This document shows, piece after piece, positions 30,618 to 38,223 of a stretch of 64,000 nucleotides of DNA. The stretch lies in contig OY970194.1 in NCBI GenBank assembly GCA_963708075.1, positions 6,080,001 to 6,144,000 of the forward strand, given 5' to 3'. Position 1 is the first letter of the stretch. Each line of letters starts with the position of its first letter. This stretch comes from Sedimentisphaerales bacterium (GTDB lineage: Bacteria > Planctomycetota > Phycisphaerae > Sedimentisphaerales > Anaerobacaceae). Position numbers and translations under genes: made by a program. The notes beneath the pieces were generated by a model that was not told the origin of the DNA, ran no database searches, and was given only the letters and a program-made list of their open reading frames with translations.

Positions 30618-31707
30618 TCACCAGATGAGACAGTTGCATTTGCGAGGATCACCCCGGCTTTTCAGATGATCCCAGACGTAGGGCGTTTCACGGCAGAGAC
30701 TGATAGATATGTGCTTGTTATGAGCGAGGATTGCATCGGTGAGGAGTCGATAGAACCCTATGCGTTGCTCAGGAGGATAGCGATACTTGCCGTCCGACGC
30801 TCTTTCCGTGAGAACCCATGCTTTGCAGTCGTGCGCCGCGATCACCGTAAGCCTGTCGGGCGAGTCTGAAGTGTCCGGGCAACAGCCGCAGCATGCCAAT
30901 CGTGATGTTCTCCGGTTCAAGGGCGGCAAGCGTTTCTCGAATCAATTCGGTGTAGTCGCGTTGCCAGTCAGAATAGAGGATGCCCGGATCGATACGCAGT
31001 CGGATGCGGTAGCCGTGTGCCTGGCACCGTCGCGCGGCGTGGATACGCTGCTCCAGACTCGCGGTACCCACTTCAAACGAGTCGATCATCGCCCGCGTAT
31101 TGAGGCTCCACGAGACCATGGTTTGGCTATTGGGCGTGAGACTCAGAAGGCCATCGACATTGGCGCTCTTAGTCAGCAGCATCAGATATCCGTTGGAGAG
31201 CCGGGAGAACAGCGGAACCAGTCGGGACGCCAACAAGCTGACATGGTCCAGGGCCAGACTGTCCAGCATCTCTCCCATGTTGAAGCTGATCGCATTCTGT
31301 GCACAAGCGGTCAGATCGCGAATCTCGTCGCACATTTTGCCGTAGTTGATGTTCAATTTGATGAAAGGAAGGTGATCCCGGTAGACATAAGCGAGATAGC
31401 AATAGGTACAATAATAAGGGCAGCCGTTCGAGATGGGCACGAGCTTGACATACGATGCACACCGCACGCTGCTGCCGAGACAGCCGTCAAAGTGGCGCAG
31501 GAACGAGGAGGCCTCGCCAATCATCAGGACTCTCTTGCCGGCGACTATGGCGGGCCTGGAGGGATGCTGCGGCAGAACCACGTCCCGCTGGCGGTCCACG
31601 ATCTGGACGTGTGCTTCCGGGAACATCCCGATGATGCGGGCAGCTTCCTTATGTCGCTGCAGCTTGCGCAACAAGTAGATGGTACTCGGTCTGAATGCCT
31701 GGGCCAT
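30618..31707 (-). CDS. Spore photoproduct lyase-family radical SAM protein, frameshifted as given
   Basis: GCPYYCTYCYL, GEMLDSLALD, LLTKS, SWSLN; joins DGKYRY...LCRE on removing one base at GAGAACC 30810-30816. Confidence 0.85.
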
Positions 31708-31794
31708 ATCCACGGCAGTCTCCGTTTGTGAAATCCCTGAACGACCATTGTACGCGTGAATACGAAAAAACGCATGACAATCCAGGAGGCAATT

Positions 31795-32418
31795 ATGAAG
31801 ACACTCTTTGCAGGACGCACAGGCAGATTGGCCACCATGATCCTCATCAAGGTTCTGATGGTATCCTTCCCCACAGGCCTGCTCTGCGGCTGCGACAGCC
31901 TGCGGCTGGCGCCAAGCGAGCAGCAGAAACAGAACGCCTGGCTGCACAACCGCACGGCGACGGTTGCCGCGGAGACGGCGCGGGCGGAGCCGACCTCACA
32001 GGAATTGCAGGCACTGACGAAGCTGTCCGAGCTGCAGAGCCGGGCCTTCACGTCATACTGCGGGCTGCCAAAGGAGTACCCGCCCGCCGAGACCACCCAG
32101 GAGATCCTGTCGCAGTCGAGTTGGGAGCTGGCGGGGACGGCGGTGGCTCAGTCGAGTGATCGGCCGGATCCCTGGCAGGTCGCGGACTCCATGGTGGAAC
32201 TGGGCATCGGCATCTGCGCCCTGCTCGGCGGCGTCGCCGGCACCCGGGCCGTGCGATTCCTCCGTGAGACTCGCACGAAGTCCCAGGCCCTCAGGGAGAT
32301 CGTGCAGGGCAACGAGCTGTTCAAGAAGCACAACGAGGATCAGACCCAGGCCTTCAAAGCCGCCCACCAGCTTCAGTCCCCCGAAACGCGCCAGCTCGTC
32401 ACCGCGATGAAAGGATAG
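31795..32418 (+). CDS. Putative lipoprotein with a C-terminal-half TM helix
   Basis: AGGAGG RBS; LLCGC lipobox; MVELGIGICALLGGVAG hydrophobic segment. Confidence 0.6.
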   Translation: MKTLFAGRTGRLATMILIKVLMVSFPTGLLCGCDSLRLAPSEQQKQNAWLHNRTATVAAETARAEPTSQELQALTKLSELQSRAFTSYCGLPKEYPPAETTQEILSQSSWELAGTAVAQSSDRPDPWQVADSMVELGIGICALLGGVAGTRAVRFLRETRTKSQALREIVQGNELFKKHNEDQTQAFKAAHQLQSPETRQLVTAMKG

Positions 32419-32425
32419 CGACGCC

Positions 32426-33160
32426 ATGGCCGAAGGCTTCATCATGCTGCGTCGTACACCCGAGACATTCGAGTTGCTACGGGACCGAAACGCCTTCGTG
32501 CTCCTGACCGTGATCGCCTTGCGAGCTCAGCGGACAAACGGGTTCAACATTCGTGGTCTCCAGCCGGGCCAGGCCCTGCTTGGCGACCACGAATGTTATG
32601 GGCTGAGTCTGCAACAATACCGCAGCGCGAAGCGGCGCCTCCAACGGTGGCGCTTCGCCGACTTCCAATCAACAAACAGGGGAACGCTGGCAACGCTCCT
32701 GGATACAAGGATTTATGATATCCACAAAGACCGGGAGCAACAAGCCTGCAACAGGCCGGCGACAGACCGTGCGCAGGCGACCGACCAACGGCCAACCACT
32801 ACCAATAAAGATGAGAAGAAAAGAACTGAGAAGAAGCATCCCGACAACTCTGACGAGTTGCGGCTCGCCCAGTTTCTGCTGGATTCGATCCGCCAGAGGA
32901 AAGCGGATATGCGATCCCCGGATCTACAGGCCTGGGCTGTGGAGATCGGCCGCATGATTCGGCTGGACCACCGCGAGCCACAGCGCATCGAGGCGGTCAT
33001 CCGCTGGTGCCGGAAGGACCCCTTCTGGTGGAAGAACATTCTCAGTGCCCGCAAACTACGGGAGCACTTCGACAGGCTTGAGATCGAGATGGGCGGACAA
33101 TCGGCCCGCGAGAGCACGCGGGACCGGATCACCCGCCTGGAACAGGAGGCACCGCTGTGA
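32426..33160 (+). CDS. Phage replication initiator (lambda O / replisome-organiser-like)
   Basis: N-terminal wHTH ending STNRGTLATL, low-complexity linker, C-terminal IRWCRKDPFWWKNILSARKLREHFDRL. Confidence 0.8.
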   Translation: MAEGFIMLRRTPETFELLRDRNAFVLLTVIALRAQRTNGFNIRGLQPGQALLGDHECYGLSLQQYRSAKRRLQRWRFADFQSTNRGTLATLLDTRIYDIHKDREQQACNRPATDRAQATDQRPTTTNKDEKKRTEKKHPDNSDELRLAQFLLDSIRQRKADMRSPDLQAWAVEIGRMIRLDHREPQRIEAVIRWCRKDPFWWKNILSARKLREHFDRLEIEMGGQSARESTRDRITRLEQEAPL

Positions 33161-33762
33161 ACCGTGACGAGCGTCTGCGATTCATCGACCATGAACTGAA
33201 GGGCCTGTGGCCCGATTGGGAGCCCACAGACGCGGAGCTTCGGCTATGGATGGGCATACTGACCGATCGCCCCTATGACCCGGCACGCCGGGTGCTGCAG
33301 GAGTGCTTCTGCGGCCCCGCGGGCCACTATCGCCGCCCCAAACCCGCGGCCTTCATGGAAGCGCTCAAAGCTCTGTCTGCATGCGGCCCCATGGCCCGGA
33401 CGGCCCCGCAGGATACGGAGCCCGGTGTCTTCATTGAGTGCATGGAGCCGCCGGAGGGCCAGCCGCACCTGCTTGGCATGCGGCAACCTGTGATTGTCCT
33501 GCCCGTCTCGCGGCGGGATGATGCGGACTACGTTCAGGCCTGTGCCGAATCCCTGCGCAAGCAAGCCCAGGAGCACGACGGCGGTCAATGGATCACCATC
33601 CGGCCCAGGCCGTCGACCGACGATACTCTCCGCGGACCACCCGCCCGACAGGCGGCTTGCGACCAGATCCTCGCCGGCCCCGATACCCCGGGCCGCCGCT
33701 ATCTCCTCCGACGCCAGGAGGCGGGGAGTTTCAAACTCGTCCCAGACACAAAAGCACCATGA
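33157..33762 (+). CDS. Hypothetical, possibly helicase loader/inhibitor-like
   Basis: GTGA overlap with the initiator; LKGLWPDW...LWMGILTD.PYD...PKPA N-terminus. Confidence 0.45.
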   Translation: MNRDERLRFIDHELKGLWPDWEPTDAELRLWMGILTDRPYDPARRVLQECFCGPAGHYRRPKPAAFMEALKALSACGPMARTAPQDTEPGVFIECMEPPEGQPHLLGMRQPVIVLPVSRRDDADYVQACAESLRKQAQEHDGGQWITIRPRPSTDDTLRGPPARQAACDQILAGPDTPGRRYLLRRQEAGSFKLVPDTKAP

Positions 33763-33853
33763 TTCGGGAATCTCAGCCTGGCCCGGGTCCGGGCATTATG
33801 CCGTCGCCGTTGACGGCACCAAGAGCCACACAGGACCACATCCCCGACCGGGG

Positions 33854-34252
33854 GGGTGTGGTCGGAATTCGGTGGCGGCGTGTAGCCGCCGTGTGCGGAC
33901 TGCGCCTCTTTCGTCCCTTACGGGACTGGCTTTTGTCCTCGGCCCCGGTTCCCCAGCGATAAATCGCTGGGCTATTCTCTATCGCCCTGCGGGCTTGAAC
34001 TGCGCCCGGACGGGTTGATCATTATCCCGCAGGCGTTGCGGCTATTGGCTATCGCCCTGCGGGCTTGGACTTCGCTCCAGTCCTCTTGCGTCGGCCCGTC
34101 CGCCCCACGGGGGCGATCGACACTAGCCCACCGTTTCAACGGTGGGTACGATAGTCAATCCTATCTCAAAGCCCCGTAGGGGCGAAAGAAGACTGGGCTG
34201 CGCTCTTGTGTCGGGTGCAATCCGAATCCGCCACCGAATGCCGACCGCACCT
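33854..34252. mobile_element. MITE copy 1 (399 bp)
   Basis: ~25-bp imperfect TIRs (GGGTGYGGTCGGMATTCGGTGGCGG); flanking direct repeat GACCGGGG at 33846-33853 and 34253-34260. Confidence 0.85.
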
Positions 34253-34395
34253 GACCGGGGCCCGCCGGGTGTTGGGCCTTGCGTTCGGGGGGGGAAGTAC
34301 GGTAGAATAGACAAGGTAGCTTCTGAGGGATCGGTCGGTTGGGAGTCAGGAGGGGCTCCACCCTGTTGCATGGTGAAAGTTGAGAGGGTGACTTC

Positions 34396-35862
34396 GTGTT
34401 TGAACAGTCATTTTCCGGTGGATTGGGGCGTGCGATTTCACTGTGGCTTGTGATTCACGCGTTCAGTCTCACGGCCTGGGCCGCCTATGGCGGGGGTAGC
34501 GGCACACGGGAAGATCCATACCTGATCTTCACGGCCGCCCAGTTGAATGCGATCGGTGCACAGCCCCAGGATTGGAGCGGCCACTTCAAATTGATGGCCG
34601 ACATTGACCTGAGCGGCTATCGGGGGACCGAGTTCAAGACGATTGGCACGCCGGAGGATGGGCCGTTCACGGGCACCTTCGATGGCAATTACAAGACGAT
34701 ATCCAATTTTCAGTGGTCGTCCGAATGGGCGTGGTACGTTGGCCTCTTTGGCATCGTGCAGGGCGAACAGGCCGCGATCACGAATCTGACTCTGGTGAAC
34801 CCCAGCGTCGCGATGGACATCGGCTCGTATGCCGCCGCATTGGTGGGATTCGTCCGCACGGCAACGATCGCGAACTGTCACGTTCGCGGCGGCACGATCT
34901 CAGGCGACGACTGTGTCGGCGGCCTCGTGGGCAGGAGAGACGGGGGCACAATCGCGGACTGCACAGTCCGGGCCACGGTGAGCGGGGCCGTCCGTGTTGG
35001 CGGCCTGGCCGGCTACTGCTATTGGGGGCTGACCGAACGTTGCACTGTGGCAGGTCAGGTGACGGGGCGCTCCGAGTCCGGGTGCTGGGCCGCCGGCGGC
35101 CTTATTGGCAAGAGTGAGAATGGGAGCGTGGCGGACTGTGGTGCACGCGGCTCAGTCAAGGGCTACCGGAGCGTTGGCGGCCTGATTGGCCAGAACGCCA
35201 TCACGGGTATTCGCCGCTGCTGGACCGATGGTGTGGTATCCGGCGAGCAGGATATCGGCGGGTTGAGCGGGCGAAACGACGGCGGAAAGATCAGCGACTG
35301 CTACTCCCTGGCCGATGTTTTCGGCGGTGTCTTCGTCGGGGGACTGGTGGGTCAGAACGGACCATCGTGTGACTGTATAGTGCATGAGGATGGCGTCATT
35401 GAGCGATGCTTTGCGGCCGGCGCGGTTTCGGGCACGTCAGATGTCGGCGGCCTGGTCGCCGTGAACAAGACGGGTTACATCACGGATTCCTTCTGGGACG
35501 TGCAAACCACCGGTTGCCAGACCAGCGCCGGCGGCAGTGAAAAGACGACAATGCAGATGCAGAGTCTCTCTACGTACATCCAGGCCGGCTGGGACCTCGA
35601 CGGAGAGGAACAGAACGGAACGGAGGACATCTGGTGTCTGCCTGCTCTCGGGAGTTATCCCCGGCTTGCCTGGCAGACTGCCGAGGGCGACGTCAACGGC
35701 GATGGCAACGTGGATTTCCGCGACTTTGGTATCTTTGCACTGCGGTGGCGGCAGATAGACAACGGCTTCTGGTCACGCGGAACCTTCCTGACGGCGGACG
35801 GCATCATCGACTTCGACGATCTCAGTGTCTTGGCCCACGCCTGGCTGACCGGCGGTAAATAG
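34396..35862 (+). CDS. Secreted GLUG-repeat protein with C-terminal dockerin-like motif
   Basis: YGGGSGT.EDPYLI, repeated VGGLVG, SFWD.QT, YPRLAW, GDVNGDGNVDFRD. Confidence 0.88.
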   Translation: MFEQSFSGGLGRAISLWLVIHAFSLTAWAAYGGGSGTREDPYLIFTAAQLNAIGAQPQDWSGHFKLMADIDLSGYRGTEFKTIGTPEDGPFTGTFDGNYKTISNFQWSSEWAWYVGLFGIVQGEQAAITNLTLVNPSVAMDIGSYAAALVGFVRTATIANCHVRGGTISGDDCVGGLVGRRDGGTIADCTVRATVSGAVRVGGLAGYCYWGLTERCTVAGQVTGRSESGCWAAGGLIGKSENGSVADCGARGSVKGYRSVGGLIGQNAITGIRRCWTDGVVSGEQDIGGLSGRNDGGKISDCYSLADVFGGVFVGGLVGQNGPSCDCIVHEDGVIERCFAAGAVSGTSDVGGLVAVNKTGYITDSFWDVQTTGCQTSAGGSEKTTMQMQSLSTYIQAGWDLDGEEQNGTEDIWCLPALGSYPRLAWQTAEGDVNGDGNVDFRDFGIFALRWRQIDNGFWSRGTFLTADGIIDFDDLSVLAHAWLTGGK

Positions 35863-36099
35863 CGTCGCAAGGTAACCAGGAAGGTCCCGGCGCCGCCCAG
35901 CCGTGCCTGTTCGTCAAGTGTATCAAGCCCCGCCCGGGATACTCGCCCTGCACACGCATGCCTGAGTGCCGTAACTCCTGTTTACACAAGTAGTAACGTC
36001 GTTTTCAGGCTTCAGGGACTGTGTTTCTGACGGGGTCCAAGGCTATCCCACGGGTCAGCGGGGCGATATGGGAGGTCGTGGCAGATGCCGGGATGAAGG

Positions 36100-36428
36100 G
36101 GGTGCGGTCGGCATACGGTGGCGGATTCGGATTCCACCTGACACAAGAGCGCAGCCCAGTCTTCTTTCGCCCCTACGGGGCTTTGAGATAGGATTGACTA
36201 TCGTACCCACCGTTGAAACGGTGGGCTAGTGTCGATCGCCCCCGTGGGGCGGACGAGCCGACGCAAGAGGACTGAAGCGAAGTCCAAGCCCGCAGGGCGA
36301 TAGAGAATAGCCCAGCGATTGATCGCTGGGGAACCGGGGCCGAGGACAAAAGCCAGTCCCGTAAGGGACGAAAGAGGCGCAGTCCGCACACGGCGGCTAC
36401 ACGCCGCCACCGAATTCCGACCACACCC
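36100..36428. mobile_element. MITE copy 2 (329 bp), inverted relative to copy 1
   Basis: Near-identical reverse complement of copy 1 lacking 70 bp; direct repeat GATGAAGG at 36092-36099 and 36429-36436. Confidence 0.85.
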
Positions 36429-36463
36429 GATGAAGGTCCTGTAAGGTTTTATGTACTTTCATG

Positions 36464-36492
36464 TTGACTTTGGTGTGCAAATTGGGTAATAT
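36464..36492 (+). promoter_or_regulatory. Putative sigma70 promoter
   Basis: TTGACT-17 bp-TAATAT upstream of the PEP-CTERM-type gene. Confidence 0.55.
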
Positions 36493-36578
36493 AGGTGGAC
36501 TGGTGAATCTGGTTCAGGGCATTTGCCCTATTGTCGTGAGCCCTATCAGGGATAGAGCCATTCGTGAGGAGGACTACG

Positions 36579-37277
36579 GTGAAGACTTTGAAGTTCAGTC
36601 AAATAGTATTGTGCGGCATGGTTTTACTGTCCTTGAACAGCCTGGCGGGTGCAAGTGTGACACTCTACGCGGGACTTCCGTACCTGTCAGCAGCCGACAG
36701 CCCGTTCACCGGAGCGGGACTGGGGTACTTCTACCTCGAAGATTTTGAGGATGGACTTCTGAACACGCCCGGAGTCACCGCCTCTGCGGGAATTTCGACC
36801 AAGCCGACCTTTCCGGCCCTCTATACGGACTCGGTCGATGGTGACGACGGCGCTATCGACGGCAGCGGTCAGGGCGGCAACTCCTGGTTCTTCACCAACG
36901 GCGCCACGGGCGTCACGTTCACATTCGACGCCATGGTGCTCGGCTCGCTGCCGACTCAGGTCGGCATCGTCTGGACGGACGGCTCGGACCCCATCCAATT
37001 CGAGTTCTTCGACGGGGCCTCCAATCTGATCGCATGGGGCAGTGTGGTGGCGCCGGCCGACGGCAACTGGGAAGGCGGCACCGCCGAAGACCGCTTCTTC
37101 GGCCTGGACAATCCGATTGGCATTGGGTCCGTCCACATTTGGAGCGGCGCGGGCGCCGGCATTGAAGTGGATCATCTCCAGTACGGCGGAACCCCGATCC
37201 CGGCGCCGGGTGCACTGCTCCTGTGCGGCATCGGCGCAGGTGTCATCGGCTGGATACGAAGAAACAGGATGCTGTAA
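36579..37277 (+). CDS. PEP-CTERM-type (IPAPGA) exosortase-target protein
   Basis: GAGGAGG RBS and GTG; signal peptide; C-terminal IPAPGALLL, TM, then RRNR. Confidence 0.85.
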   Translation: MKTLKFSQIVLCGMVLLSLNSLAGASVTLYAGLPYLSAADSPFTGAGLGYFYLEDFEDGLLNTPGVTASAGISTKPTFPALYTDSVDGDDGAIDGSGQGGNSWFFTNGATGVTFTFDAMVLGSLPTQVGIVWTDGSDPIQFEFFDGASNLIAWGSVVAPADGNWEGGTAEDRFFGLDNPIGIGSVHIWSGAGAGIEVDHLQYGGTPIPAPGALLLCGIGAGVIGWIRRNRML

Positions 37278-37401
37278 TCAGTCGCAGATCCGTCCCAGCC
37301 AAACCGCCGGCTGAAGACAACGCAAGTACAAGGGCCGAGTTCAAAAGCTCGGCCCTTTCTATTGGCACCCAGCGAGACGGCACGGATTCGAACTGCGCCG
37401 A

Positions 37402-38013
37402 TCACTGCCTGGATGGCGGTTTGAGGTTGCGGAGGAATTCGAGGGCTTTCTGAGTGTCTCGCGAGGCATCGACGTTGGTGTCTTTGTAGAGGACCTTGCC
37501 GTCCTGGCCCAGGATAAAGGTCCAGCGGGCGAAGGTGTGGGGCCGCTTGAGGGTGACTTCTTTATCGGCGATGGTGGTCTTGAATGATCCGCCCTTGCTG
37601 ATCGGGACGCCGAACCGGCGGGCGATGCAGCCGTTCACATCGGACAGCAGCGTGAAGTTCAGGTTGTGGGCATCCCGGAATACCTTGAGATTGTTCACGG
37701 GATCGGCGCTGATGCCGATGACTTCGACATCGAGCCCGCTCAGGTCCGCCGCCTGGTCGCGATAGCCGCACGCCTGCTTCGTGCACCCGCCCGTCATCGC
37801 CGCCGGATAGAAGTACACGACCACGTACTTGCCATGACCGACGTGCTCCTCGGTCTGCCACAAATCGCCCGCGTGGGTGTTCGCGTTGAACTCGGGTGCC
37901 TTGTCCCCGACGGCAAGCACCGGCGACTGTCCCTCCGTCTCACCCGAGGCGACCCCGAGGCCGACAAATAAGCACAAAGCACAGCAGATGACACAGCATG
38001 AGATGCGACGCAT
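37402..38013 (-). CDS. Peroxiredoxin (BCP/PrxQ family), exported
   Basis: VGDKAPEF, YFYPAAMTGGCTKQAC, RWTFI. Confidence 0.9.
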   Translation of the reverse strand: MRRISCCVICCALCLFVGLGVASGETEGQSPVLAVGDKAPEFNANTHAGDLWQTEEHVGHGKYVVVYFYPAAMTGGCTKQACGYRDQAADLSGLDVEVIGISADPVNNLKVFRDAHNLNFTLLSDVNGCIARRFGVPISKGGSFKTTIADKEVTLKRPHTFARWTFILGQDGKVLYKDTNVDASRDTQKALEFLRNLKPPSRQ

Positions 38014-38223
38014 GGCACGAATCTCCTATTCACACGGACCCATGGACTGCGACTGCCGGCAGTCCCATCTGCCTGGAGTACGCATCGGATTGCTCGTGGT
38101 TCGCGGGGGACGGCTTGAGTCTGTATGCGGCGGCGCCCGTGAGAAACAAAGCCAAAAGTCAAGCACCGCCTGAGGCCTCCGCTGGGCTCAGGCGGTGCTT
38201 GGGTATTGAGACTGGGGGTCGGG

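Larger units (their letters stand above)
15125..33762. mobile_element. Phage-derived gene cluster (domesticated prophage / candidate gene transfer agent)
   Basis: Portal-scaffold-major capsid order, tail/fibre-like genes, phage replication initiator, ParB/GNAT/ABC module; no integrase or att site recognised. Confidence 0.8.

Noticed and set aside
33854..36428. Composite transposon that delivered the GLUG gene
   Set aside because: Each MITE has its own different 8-bp duplication, indicating two independent insertions; no transposase.
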